Source: a virus
DNA length: 64,000 nucleotides
Direction: 5' to 3' (one strand)
Virus record (IMG/VR): IMGVR_UViG_3300024272_000071
Made by a program: the position numbers and the translations under genes. Below are positions 34,496-43,513 of this stretch, piece by piece; the stretch's first letter is position 1; every line of letters starts with the position of its first letter. The notes below the pieces were generated by a model that saw nothing but the letters and a program-made list of their open reading frames with translations, was not told where the DNA came from and did no database searches.

Positions 34496-35206
34496 ATGCA
34501 AGAGCGATATAAAAAGAATTGCGGCTCTTTTATGACAGAAGAGCATCAAAATGTTCTTCTTTCTAAAACTTTCGCGGTAATTGGAGTGGGCGGCAATGGA
34601 AGTTATATCGCAGAATTTCTTGCTCGATAGGGATGCAAAAAATTGATTGTAATTGACTTTGATTCTTTTGAAGAATCTAATCTTAATCGACAGGCATTTT
34701 GTTTTGAAGATAATCTTCAGCTCAATAAAGCTGAGCAAGCTGTTCAATACCTCCGTAAAATCAATTCATCTATTGAATATGAATGGTATACTTTCCCTTA
34801 TGGAACACAAAATATTCCTTCCATGCAAGAATGCGATATGATTTTTACCGCCGCAGATGGAAATCAATATACTAAAAAATATCGAGAAAATTTGCGTGAA
34901 TTAGTAAAGATCGGTATTCCAGTCGTTGAGCAATGCATTTGGAATCGTGGTGTTGAAGTATGCATTATTTCTGAATCATCTCTTTTAGAAATGTATGATG
35001 AAAATACTGCACGATGGGAATATTCTGCACATGATCCTTGCATTATTTCTCAACCCGCATGGTTATGTTCATTGGCTGCAAGTTTAGCAACAGCAGAAGC
35101 ATGGAGATATTTCTCTAAACAAGATCCTTTGATCGGTCAAAGATTAGTTTATGATATAGATGAAAATCAATTACACCGTTTGGTTAATGGGAAGTTCGTT
35201 TATTAA
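34496..35206 (+). CDS. ThiF/MoeB/E1-like adenylyltransferase with an in-frame TAG at 34628-34630 (read-through by suppression, or a pseudogene)
   Basis: The region before the TAG gives the GxGxxG Rossmann motif FAVIGVGGNGSYIAEFLAR; the region after gives GCKKLIVIDFDSFEESNLNRQ; together this matches ThiF LARAGVGKLTLVDFDVVELSNLNRQ, with the TAG aligned to Ala/Ser. Confidence 0.6.
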
Positions 35207-35217
35207 GGAGGATTTAA

Positions 35218-35643
35218 ATGGGTTTCTTTAACTGGGGCAAAAAGCAAACTGTCGAAGCGAAGCCCATTGAATTCAAGTGTAATCATAAATGGCAAGACTT
35301 CCCATGGTATATCACCGCAATGTATTATGAAGATACTCATGCTTTTGATTTGAAAATTATTGAGCCTTATGTGTGCATTCATTGCAAAGAGCGAAAAGAT
35401 GTAGTTCTTCATTCAGTTTCAAGAGCGAACTTCTCTTGGAAACAAGCATCAACGCTACTTGAAGAATGCGAAGAAAAGTATGGCGAGTTTTGTGAACCAC
35501 GTCCGATCGTTGAAGATATGATTCATGATATGCAGTTGGTTGATCGTCAATACTTAGAAATTGCGGAAAGTCTTTATCCAGAAAAATTTGGTAAACTCAG
35601 AGAGCAGGTTTCTCAAGGCCAGCTTCCTGAACTCAAAACTTGA
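35218..35643 (+). CDS. hypothetical Cys/His-containing protein (141 aa)
   Basis: RBS AAGGAGG; CNHKW...CIHCKERKD. Confidence 0.5.
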   Translation: MGFFNWGKKQTVEAKPIEFKCNHKWQDFPWYITAMYYEDTHAFDLKIIEPYVCIHCKERKDVVLHSVSRANFSWKQASTLLEECEEKYGEFCEPRPIVEDMIHDMQLVDRQYLEIAESLYPEKFGKLREQVSQGQLPELKT

Positions 35644-35644
35644 A

Positions 35645-35695
35645 AAAATCAAAAATTTTTGATATAATATATATACAAGGTTGAGAGAGGAGTCA
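35645..35695 (+). promoter_or_regulatory. conserved promoter cassette (copy)
   Basis: AAAAATTTTTGATATAATATATATACAAGGTTGAGAGAGGAG. Confidence 0.55.
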
Positions 35696-35829
35696 AGAAT
35701 ATGATTCTGGATTTCCGAATACGTGAGGCCTAAGGCCGATCACACAACCTAAAGGCGGGATCAGCAATGATTCAAATAGTATATGAATAAAACCCGTCTT
35801 GTTTAGCTTCTTTTTAAGAAGCTCTGTTT

Positions 35830-35906
35830 CGGGGTGTAGCGCAGTTTGGTAGCGCGCCTGATTTGGGATCAGGAGGCCGCAGGTTCGAATCCTGTCACCC
35901 CGACCA
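35830..35906 (+). tRNA. tRNA-Pro (TGG)
   Basis: C1-G72 acceptor CGGGGTG/CACCCCG; loop TTTGGGA; T-arm GCAGGTTCGAATCCTGT. Confidence 0.8.
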
Positions 35907-36018
35907 ATTCGCGTTTAAACGAGATAATAGGAGCATCAAGAGGAAACTCGCTCCCGCGATTTACTCAGACCAGTCCCGGGCGGCTCTCAACCGCCGGTTG
36001 AAAGAATACGGGGCACAT

Positions 36019-36101
36019 GCCCGAATGGCGGAACTGGCAGACGCGCTTGACTCAAAATCAAGTTCGAGAGAGTGTGGGTTCGAGTCCCACTTTGGGCACC
36101 A
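36019..36101 (+). tRNA. tRNA-Leu (CAA)
   Basis: GCCCGAA/TTTGGGC acceptor; Leu-type D-arm TGGCGGAACTGGCAGACGC; loop CTCAAAA; T-arm GTGGGTTCGAGTCCCAC. Confidence 0.8.
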
Positions 36102-36107
36102 TATATA

Positions 36108-36225
36108 AAGACGCTTTCAGCAAATGATTCTTTACAGAACAAAATGTAATTGGTTCGATTCCAATATTGCCCGCAATAGGACGATTAGCTCATTTGGTAG
36201 AGCATTTGTATAACATAAGGGCGTC
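36108..36225 (+). ncRNA. long hairpin (AAAGACGC...GCGTCTT) carrying a CAGCAAAT motif and tRNA-fragment-like arms
   Basis: Contains a T-arm-like AATTGGTTCGATTCCAAT and a D-arm-like GCTCATTTGGTAGAGC, but no pairing acceptor stem. Confidence 0.35.
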
Positions 36226-36260
36226 TTGTTATTTTTCAATTTCAAAAGGAGTGAAAGTCA

Positions 36261-36509
36261 ATGCCTCATAGTAGAGCGCATCTCCGACTTAGCACCACAG
36301 CAGAAGTAAGCGAGTTCATCGCCAAGATCAATACTGACGGTACAACTGATAAGTATGTGATTGAGGATTTTAATGGTGTGCAGCGCGCCAATGCTCGGTC
36401 TTTGATCGGTGTGATTTATGCAATGAGTGACTTTAATGATGAGTTGTATCTTGTCAATATGAGTCGTGATGGTGTATTCCCCTCTTTCATCGACGCTTAT
36501 CGCGCCTGA
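36261..36509 (+). CDS. hypothetical small protein (possible HPr-like fold)
   Basis: 82 aa; RBS AAAGGAG; weak resemblance to phosphocarrier HPr. Confidence 0.35.
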   Translation: MPHSRAHLRLSTTAEVSEFIAKINTDGTTDKYVIEDFNGVQRANARSLIGVIYAMSDFNDELYLVNMSRDGVFPSFIDAYRA

Positions 36510-36521
36510 TAAGCGTTATAT

Positions 36522-36599
36522 GGTGGGTGTAGTTCAGTTGGTAAGAACGCCAGATTGTGGCTCTGGAAGTCGCAAGTTCGAATCTTGTCACCCACCCCA
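36522..36599 (+). tRNA. tRNA-His (GTG) with encoded G-1
   Basis: G-1 + GTGGGTG/CACCCAC + C73; loop TTGTGGC; T-arm GCAAGTTCGAATCTTGT. Confidence 0.8.
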
Positions 36600-36613
36600 T
36601 TTAATTATGATGA

Positions 36614-36687
36614 TGGGGATTAGCCAAGTGGTAAGGCACGGGACTTTGACTCCCGCATCGCTGGTTCGAGCCCAGCATCCCCAGCCA
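36614..36687 (+). tRNA. tRNA-Gln (TTG)
   Basis: U1-A72 acceptor TGGGGAT/ATCCCCA; G73; loop CTTTGAC; T-arm GCTGGTTCGAGCCCAGC. Confidence 0.8.
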
Positions 36688-37000
36688 ATCCCAGAGTGCT
36701 AATATACGGGATTTATATAATTGAATTATTTAGATTAAAAGTTTTTAGTGGCGCTCTTCAGAAAGTTCTTTCAATGCACGAAGATTGAATAAGTAGGTTG
36801 AGTGTTGCGCAGGTATATTGAGGCAGATGTGAATGATGGACTCTTGTGGAGCAAGGGTTGGGTGGGCCCAGTACGTTAAGGGCATCAGGTCTGCGGCGTG
36901 TCGTCTTCGGCCGCATAAGTAGTGAAGCAAGCCGAAGTTTGAAGCACTGTTTCAATATACATTGTGCTGGCGTAGCTCAATTGGCAGAGCAGCTGATTTG

Positions 37001-37476
37001 TCAATCAAACTCAGTGAAAAAATGATATGGAATTAACTTCAAAACAAAAAGGTAATCTCACTGAATTACAATGTTTAACTGCATTTTCTCAATGTGGATA
37101 TTCAGTAAGTATTCCTTATGGTGATAATTCTAAATATGATTTTATCGCAGATGTTGATGGACGACTATTAAAAATTCAGGTAAAAACCGCATCATTAAAA
37201 AATGAAGGCGCAATTAAATTTTCTTGTAGAACTACGCATGTTAATTGTGCTGGAGTTAAAAATGAACGGTATTCAAGCAATGATGTTGATTATTTTGCTA
37301 CTTACTGGGAAGGTCAATGTTATCTTGTACCTGTAAATGAATGTTCAGTAGAAAAAACTTTACGATTTGAATATCCTAAAAATGGTCAGAAAAAAGGTAT
37401 TACTCTTGCTTCTGAATATAAATTGGAAATTCAACTACAAAAAGTAAAGGAGGAAGTAGCTGAGCATTGATAGATA
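37001..37476 (+). mobile_element. intron-like insertion in the tRNA-Thr anticodon loop, almost entirely ORF
   Basis: 476 nt; ORF 37027-37470; only 26 nt 5' and 6 nt 3' lie outside the ORF. Confidence 0.55.
37027..37470 (+). CDS. PD-(D/E)XK nuclease of the Hjc / I-Ssp6803I-like family (paralog 2)
   Basis: GNLTELQCLTAF..GYSV..YDFIADV..(7)..KIQVKTA; 147 aa; paralog of the 26947 ORF. Confidence 0.55.
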   Translation: MELTSKQKGNLTELQCLTAFSQCGYSVSIPYGDNSKYDFIADVDGRLLKIQVKTASLKNEGAIKFSCRTTHVNCAGVKNERYSSNDVDYFATYWEGQCYLVPVNECSVEKTLRFEYPKNGQKKGITLASEYKLEIQLQKVKEEVAEH

Positions 37477-37537
37477 AATCAGCAGGTTGGGGGTTCAAGT
37501 CCCTTCGCCAGCTCCAGTTGGCTGAGCGTTCCGTCTA

Positions 37538-37576
37538 AAACCGCTCCGAGAGGCATCTCGCCTCTCGTTTTTTTTA
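37538..37576 (+). terminator. rho-independent terminator
   Basis: GAGAGGCATCTCGCCTCTC + GTTTTTTTT. Confidence 0.6.
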
Positions 37577-37754
37577 GGCATATACAGCAAATTGTTTCGG
37601 CTCGTAGCCGAAGTAGCTCAGATGGTTAGAGCGTCAGACATTGATTCTGAAGGTCGTTGGTTCGATCCCAACCTTAACAATATGCCTAGTATTTTAAAAC
37701 GCTGACTCTGGTCGGCGCGGACACGACAAATCAAAAATGGGTTTAGAAAAATTT

Positions 37755-37845
37755 GGAGGGATACCCAAGCGGCTGAAGGGTTCGGTCTTGAAAACCGATA
37801 GGTCAGGTGACTGGCGCGTGGGTTCAAATCCCACTCCCTCCGCCA
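37755..37845 (+). tRNA. tRNA-Ser (TGA)
   Basis: GGAGGGA/TCCCTCC acceptor; stem TCGGT/ACCGA; loop CTTGAAA; long variable arm; G73. Confidence 0.8.
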
Positions 37846-37847
37846 TA

Positions 37848-37915
37848 TGCAACGCCTGTATTTGAATGCAGGCGTTGACTTTTATAAAAAATTTTGCTAT
37901 AATAATTATAGGAAA
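37848..37915 (+). promoter_or_regulatory. terminator hairpin plus a promoter variant
   Basis: AACGCCTGTATTTGAATGCAGGCGTT then TTGACTTTTATAAAAAATTTTGCTATAAT. Confidence 0.5.
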
Positions 37916-37935
37916 ATTGAAAGGGAGGCTGTTAT

Positions 37936-38217
37936 ATGGAACAGAATACCGTTATTCATGATAGAGCTTATACCCGTAGAATGAACTGGCGTAAAGCAAT
38001 TCGTAAGCGTAAGATTGTGCGTCAATATGGTTATGACTTCTATGACAACCTTCACCAATATTCTAAAAACAAAATTCATTGTTCCTGCCCGATGTGTAAA
38101 GGCAATGCTGATTGGGGTCTTTATACTAATTCCGAAGGGCGTTTAAAAGTTTCTGATCGTCGTAAAATTAGAGCAATGAATGAACAGTTCAGCGAAATTG
38201 AAGCTGAAGCTGAATAA
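37936..38217 (+). CDS. hypothetical basic protein (93 aa)
   Basis: RBS AAAGGGAGG; CSCPMCKG zinc knuckle. Confidence 0.5.
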   Translation: MEQNTVIHDRAYTRRMNWRKAIRKRKIVRQYGYDFYDNLHQYSKNKIHCSCPMCKGNADWGLYTNSEGRLKVSDRRKIRAMNEQFSEIEAEAE

Positions 38218-38244
38218 ACAATAGAGAAAAAGGAGAATCGCTTA

Positions 38245-39135
38245 ATGAATGCTAAATTTAATTTACCTGATTTTATTGCAGGTCGAGGTGTATACACTGC
38301 TCTCATTGAGTTAAAAGAACAGGCTCCTGATTTTTGGCGTCCCAATACAGAAATTGCATGTGTATATGGTAATTTTCCAAGTTGTATTTGGAATGGTGGC
38401 GGCCTTAATGTGTCTGGATCTTGGAACCGTAGAGACATTACAGCTTTAATTGAGTTTTATAATTATACCTTGCGTATTCCGTTGCGTTTTACATTCACCA
38501 ATCCTTTGATTGATGAGCGTCATTTGCATGATTGTTATGCAAATATGATCGCAGAATGTGGTCACAATGGAATGAATGAAATCTTAACCTCTTCCACCAT
38601 TTTGGAAAAGTATCTTCGTGAAAAGTATCCTAATTATAAGTATTGTCGTAGTATTATTGGTGCGCGCGACTCTGCTATTGATCTTTCTGATAAGTATTAT
38701 TTAACTGTATGCCAGCGTCGTATGAATAACAATTGGGACTTTTTGGAAACTATTCCTGAAGAACATCGTCATAAAGTTGAATTCCTGTGCACCGATCCTT
38801 GTCCTGACAATTGTCCACGGTTATATACTCATTATCGTGATTTTGCACGTGCTCAAATTGAATATCTACCCGGCACTCCAGAATGTGCTTGCTCTATGAA
38901 TGAAGTTAAAGGTACTTTTTCTCATAAATATCTACACAGTCTTGAAACTTATATTTCTCGTGATAAGATTGATGCAGAATATTTGCCTCGCGGATTTAAT
39001 CAGTTCAAAATTTCTGGACGTGGATCTCCTATGGGCGGTATTATGGGTACTTTGAATTATATGGTTAATCCCGAATATCGTGATGATGCATTAAGTATTT
39101 TTGTAAGTTCTGCTTATGGTAGCGAACCGGTATAA
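38245..39135 (+). CDS. hypothetical protein (296 aa)
   Basis: RBS AAAGGAG; several Cys clusters; no family recognised. Confidence 0.5.
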   Translation: MNAKFNLPDFIAGRGVYTALIELKEQAPDFWRPNTEIACVYGNFPSCIWNGGGLNVSGSWNRRDITALIEFYNYTLRIPLRFTFTNPLIDERHLHDCYANMIAECGHNGMNEILTSSTILEKYLREKYPNYKYCRSIIGARDSAIDLSDKYYLTVCQRRMNNNWDFLETIPEEHRHKVEFLCTDPCPDNCPRLYTHYRDFARAQIEYLPGTPECACSMNEVKGTFSHKYLHSLETYISRDKIDAEYLPRGFNQFKISGRGSPMGGIMGTLNYMVNPEYRDDALSIFVSSAYGSEPV

Positions 39136-39139
39136 TTTG

Positions 39140-39190
39140 ACTTTTGAAAAAATTTTTGTTATAATATATATGTAAGGTTGAGAGACCTGC
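39140..39190 (+). promoter_or_regulatory. conserved promoter cassette (copy) reading into a ~480 nt non-coding region
   Basis: GAAAAAATTTTTGTTATAATATATATGTAAGGTTGAGAGACC. Confidence 0.55.
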
Positions 39191-39672
39191 ATCCCCTTCA
39201 TTTGATTGTTTAGCCATTTCAACTTATAAAGAAATGGCCCTATATCCAAGAACTGAGGTAAATGACTCAAATCTTGGTCCTTTACGCAATCGGGGCGGTT
39301 TATTTTCAGCAATCTATTTAATAGTAATAAAGATGATATTTTACAAATGAAATTGATTGTAAATAAAGCACCGGCAATTCGCCTTGCGGAGTCGCCCCTC
39401 GCAAGAAAGAACCTCGCGCAAGGCGAGAGCCGGAAGAGTCACGCAGCAAAGCCTTTATTGGTATTATGATTTTATTCAAGAAATAAAATATTTTACTAAA
39501 ATATAGGAATTGCTTATCCGCAACTGGATGAAGTTTTAAATGTAGACTCTTGCATTTGCGACATTTTTAACAGGTTACGGAATAGCAATTCTCCCTTTTC
39601 TTTCTCTGTTCTTTCTTCCTTTCCTTTCTGTTGTGCGTTCATAGGGGCATCCTACACAGAGGGTGCCCTACG

Positions 39673-39748
39673 TGCGGGGTTAGCTCAGCTGGGAGAGCAT
39701 CTGCCTTACAAGCAGAGGGTCGGCGGTTCGAGCCCGTCACTCCGCACC
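39673..39748 (+). tRNA. tRNA-Val (TAC)
   Basis: GCGGGGT/ACTCCGC acceptor; loop CTTACAA; T-arm GGCGGTTCGAGCCCGTC. Confidence 0.8.
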
Positions 39749-39805
39749 AGCCTCGGGTGCATGGTTCTCCATGTGCCCAATTTTTTCATTTTATGGAGGT
39801 TTATA

Positions 39806-40863
39806 TGGGACTGATTTTTACTAGTGAACAAGTTTCTAAGGGTCATCCTGATAAAATTTGTGACCAAGTTTCTGATGCAATTTTGACCGAATGTCTATCT
39901 CAAGACCCCAATACTCGTGCTGGTATTGAGTGTCTCATTAAAAATAAACATCTTTTTATCGCTGGTGAAGTAACTACCAATGCACGCATTGATATTGACC
40001 AGTTTGCAAGAGAAGTGGTTAATCCACTTATGGAAGATGGTTGGATGATTCAAGTTCATAATCATCTTGCTCGACAGTCTGGCGATATTGCTCTTGGCGT
40101 AGATAAAGGCGGCGCCGGTGATCAGGGTATGATGTTTGGTTATGCTTGCCGTGATACCGAAGAGATGATGCCTCTTCCTTGGGCAATGGCTACTGAAGCC
40201 CTCCATATGCTTGATAATGTGCGTGAAATTATGGGTGAAACCAGTTATCTTTTAACTGACGCCAAGAGTCAGGTTACATATGACCGCACCAATAACATTG
40301 TTGATACTTTCTTGATTTCTACGCAGCACACAGAAGATGCCAATATGGAAGATGTCCAAAAGATGTGTAAAGCAATTATGTATGATGTTTGCGATAAGTA
40401 TAATGTAAAGTTCCCCATTCGCACTCTTGTTAATCCGACTGGCCGTTTTGTAATGGGTGGACCTTATGCGGATGCTGGTTTGACTGGTCGTAAAATTATC
40501 GCTGATACATATGGTGGATATTGTCCACATGGCGGTGGCGCTTTTAGCGGCAAAGATCCTACTAAGGTTGATCGTTCCGCGGCATATGCGGCTCGCAAGA
40601 TTGCAAAAGACATTCTGCGTGAACGCACCAATGCACATGAGTGTGTAGTTCAGCTTGCATATGCGATCGGAATTGATGAACCTGTTAGTGTATTTGTTTC
40701 TCTTGATGGAAAGCCCTCCGAAGAATTGGCTATTCAAGTGATGCGCAAATATGATCTTACTCCTAATGGTATTATCAAAGATTTTGATTTGAAACATTTT
40801 GATTACAACAAAGTTTCTGCTTATGGTCATTTTGGTAAAGCAGGACTCCCCTGGGAGGAATAA
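39806..40863 (+). CDS. metK: S-adenosylmethionine synthetase
   Basis: FTSEQVSKGHPDKICDQVSDAIL, GAGDQGMMFGYA, DAKSQVT, GGGAFSGKDPTKVDRSAAYAAR signatures. Confidence 0.85.
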
Positions 40864-40932
40864 GTTATGCAAATGAGAATGATGTACGGAACAAAAGCTC
40901 ATTTAGATTAGTGTGAATTTTGTCCCGGTGCA

Positions 40933-41148
40933 GTGTATTTTATTACTGACACTTGTGAAATTTATTTTGATGCTCCTAATCGAGAAGAACGCATTCGCAT
41001 GACATTAAATCCAGAACAACTTGAATGTGATAAAGTAATTACCAATAGTAGAATTGCTTCATTTGAAAATGCTCTTGATGGTACAGAAGCATTCTTACGA
41101 GAACTTAGTTCTATATCATTTCCTAATTATAGCTCAGATAGATATTAA
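40933..41148 (+). CDS. hypothetical small protein (71 aa)
   Basis: ORF only; weak. Confidence 0.3.
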   Translation: MYFITDTCEIYFDAPNREERIRMTLNPEQLECDKVITNSRIASFENALDGTEAFLRELSSISFPNYSSDRY

Positions 41149-41164
41149 TCTATCTGGGCTATTT

Positions 41165-41225
41165 CTTTTTTCTATTGATTTTTTCAAAAATAAATGTTAT
41201 AATATATATGTAAGAAATGAGAGAG
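41165..41225 (+). promoter_or_regulatory. conserved promoter cassette (copy)
   Basis: TGATTTTTTCAAAAATAAATGTTATAATATATATGTAAGAAATGAGAGAGG. Confidence 0.55.
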
Positions 41226-41237
41226 GGGTAATGGCTA

Positions 41238-41561
41238 ATGGATAAAATGCCTTTGAATTGGAAAATTAAGAGCAAGTGGTACTCTATGAAGCAGACTTGC
41301 CAGCAATTTGGTCATTTTATCGCGGGCCGCGGTCTTACCGAACGAGGTCATGCCGCATATGATTATCTGTGCAAGGTAATCTTTGATAAGTATGAGCCTA
41401 CTACTTATGCGGAAACCATGTATGAAGAAGAACTCAAAGGTATGATGCAAGAGACTGAACTTGATCGTAAATCTGCGGCGATTCTTATGGCTGGCACTCT
41501 TGCTAAGTGTATTGCTCCATGGGATTTCAAGAAAAAGACCCATAAGATCGTGAGTGGTTGA
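41238..41561 (+). CDS. hypothetical protein (107 aa)
   Basis: ATG after GAGAGGGGTAATGG. Confidence 0.5.
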   Translation: MDKMPLNWKIKSKWYSMKQTCQQFGHFIAGRGLTERGHAAYDYLCKVIFDKYEPTTYAETMYEEELKGMMQETELDRKSAAILMAGTLAKCIAPWDFKKKTHKIVSG

Positions 41562-41564
41562 ATT

Positions 41565-41620
41565 TTCACTTGAAAATTTCAAAAAATTTTGATATAATAT
41601 ATAAGTAAGGTTGAGAAAGC
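41565..41620 (+). promoter_or_regulatory. conserved promoter cassette (copy)
   Basis: CACTTGAAAATTTCAAAAAATTTTGATATAATATATAAGTAAGGTTGAGAAAGC. Confidence 0.6.
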
Positions 41621-41623
41621 AAT

Positions 41624-41887
41624 ATGATAACAAGAGAAAAATGTAAGTTCCTGATTCCTATGGAGTTTGAAGAGGTTGACCTTGAAGATACCGACGTGTT
41701 CACCATGGAAGAGTTCATTGAAGCCGTCCGAGGACATGGCATCATGAACTATGACGGTATCGGCTATCTTGCAAAAGCAGATGGTGCTGGTAAGATCTGG
41801 GAATCTGAAATCGAAGTTGATTGTTATGTGGGCTGGCTTATGAAACAGCCTAAGGAATTTACTCATGTTTGCTGGTACAACAAGTAA
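41624..41887 (+). CDS. hypothetical protein (87 aa)
   Basis: ATG immediately after the leader. Confidence 0.5.
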   Translation: MITREKCKFLIPMEFEEVDLEDTDVFTMEEFIEAVRGHGIMNYDGIGYLAKADGAGKIWESEIEVDCYVGWLMKQPKEFTHVCWYNK

Positions 41888-41938
41888 TTGTTCCTTGTCC
41901 TAAGGAACCGACGATAAGAGAAAAAGGAGAAATGTGAT

Positions 41939-43453
41939 ATGAATTCTATGCTGAATGGTCTGAAGAATGCTACTAACTACACTCTGACCGAAAATGGTGG
42001 TATTACCCATAAGACCACCAAGAGCGATCTGCTTGACATGTTTGCTATGGGTGCGGCAATGCGTAACCGCTCTGACTCTGATGTTATGCTGATGTTCCGC
42101 AAGGCGTTTTCCGAGAACCCGGTTTACGCTCTGAAGTGCCTGTTCTATATCCGCGACGTGCGCGGTGGTCAGGGTGAGCGTCGTTTCTTCCGTGTAGTCA
42201 TCAAGGATATGGCTACCTACTCCAAGCCCACTCAGGAAGCTATCGCTCGCAACATGGAGCTGATTCCCGAGTTCGGTCGCTGGGATGACCTGTATGCCTT
42301 TATGGATACTCCCCTGCAGGATAAGGCTCTGAATATCATCAAGCATCAGCTTGCTCTTGATGTTCAGTGCAAGACCCCTTCCCTTCTGGCGAAGTGGATG
42401 CCCTCTGAGAACGCTTCTTCCAAGAAGACCATTCATCTGGGCAATATCACTCGCTCCTATCTGAATATGACCCATAAGGAGTATCGTCGTACTCTGGCGA
42501 TCCTGCGTTCCCGCATCAACATCGTTGAGAAGCTGATGTCTGAGAACCGTTGGGATGAAATCGAGTTCGATAAGATTCCTTCCAAGGCTGGTCTGATCTA
42601 CAAGAACGCTTTCGCTCGCCGCGATATCATCAAGGCGAAGTTCGAGAAGTTTGCTAAGGACGAGACCACCAAGGTGAACGCATCCACTCTGTATCCTTAC
42701 GAGGTTGTGGAGAAGGCTCTGCGTATCAACACCTATCGTCCCGACGAGACTGACCGCGCGATGGTAAACAAGTACTGGGCAAATCTGGCTGACTACTTCA
42801 ATGGAGCCAACCTGAATGCTCTGGCTGTTGTGGATACCTCTGGTTCCATGCACGGCACCCCCATCAACGTAGCTATCTCTCTCGGCATGTACTGTGCCGA
42901 GAAGGCTGGCGGTCCTTTCGCCAACCACTACATTTCCTTCGCTTCTCGTCCTCAGCTGATTGAGTGCGAAGGTGTGGACTTCGTCGATAAGGTGCATCGT
43001 ATCTATCGGACCAATCTGGTAGATAACACCAACATCGAGGCTGTCTTTGATCTGCTCCTGGACACCGCTAAGGCGAATAAGTGTTCTCAGGACGACATGC
43101 CCCAGAACATCCTGATCATCTCCGACATGGAGTTTGACTCTGCTTCTCGCGGCGGTTCCTATAACTGGCGTACTGGCAAGTATGAGGGTAGCTACGGCTT
43201 CACTCAGGCTCAGGCTGATACTGTCATGGAAGGTATCGCTCGTAAGTGGGCGGCTGCAGGCTATAAGATGCCTCACCTGATCTACTGGAATGTGGATGCT
43301 CGTCAGAACAACATTCCTATGATCGGCAACGGTCCTATCTCCTATGTGTCTGGCTTCTCTCCTTCCATCTTCCAGAGCATCATCACCGGCAAGACTGGCT
43401 ATGAGCTGATGATGGAATGCCTGAACAAGGAGCGCTATGCTCAGGTTCAGTAA
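41939..43453 (+). CDS. TROVE-like helical domain + C-terminal vWA domain protein (Ro60/Rsr-like RNA-binding protein candidate)
   Basis: C-terminal MIDAS motif AVVDTSGSMHG with vWA-like downstream region; ~295 aa N-terminal helical domain resembling Ro60; RBS AAAGGAGAAA. Confidence 0.45.
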   Translation: MNSMLNGLKNATNYTLTENGGITHKTTKSDLLDMFAMGAAMRNRSDSDVMLMFRKAFSENPVYALKCLFYIRDVRGGQGERRFFRVVIKDMATYSKPTQEAIARNMELIPEFGRWDDLYAFMDTPLQDKALNIIKHQLALDVQCKTPSLLAKWMPSENASSKKTIHLGNITRSYLNMTHKEYRRTLAILRSRINIVEKLMSENRWDEIEFDKIPSKAGLIYKNAFARRDIIKAKFEKFAKDETTKVNASTLYPYEVVEKALRINTYRPDETDRAMVNKYWANLADYFNGANLNALAVVDTSGSMHGTPINVAISLGMYCAEKAGGPFANHYISFASRPQLIECEGVDFVDKVHRIYRTNLVDNTNIEAVFDLLLDTAKANKCSQDDMPQNILIISDMEFDSASRGGSYNWRTGKYEGSYGFTQAQADTVMEGIARKWAAAGYKMPHLIYWNVDARQNNIPMIGNGPISYVSGFSPSIFQSIITGKTGYELMMECLNKERYAQVQ

Positions 43454-43513
43454 GACATATGCCTCGGATATTCTCGAATGTTCGGGGCAATTTTTCTATT
43501 TGGGAGGCCCGAC

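Larger units (their letters stand above)
36965..37516 (+). tRNA. tRNA-Thr (TGT) split by a 476 nt insertion between positions 36 and 37
   Basis: 5' GCTGGCG-TA-GCTCAATTGGCAGAGC-A-GCTGA-TTTGT (to 37000); 3' AA-TCAGC-AGGTT-GGGGGTTCAAGTCCCTT-CGCCAGC-T-CCA (37477-37516). Confidence 0.55.

Noticed and set aside
35863-36108. 81 aa ORF
   Set aside because: Covers tRNA-Pro and tRNA-Leu(CAA).
37590-37670. tRNA-like sequence (GCCGAAG-TA-GCTCAGATGGTTAGAGC ... GTTGGTTCGATCCCAAC)
   Set aside because: The 3' acceptor strand (CTTAACA) does not pair with the 5' strand and the loop has A33; a pseudo-tRNA or fragment, not called as a gene.
41900-43276. 458 aa minus-strand ORF
   Set aside because: Antisense to the TROVE/vWA gene; low-complexity translation.
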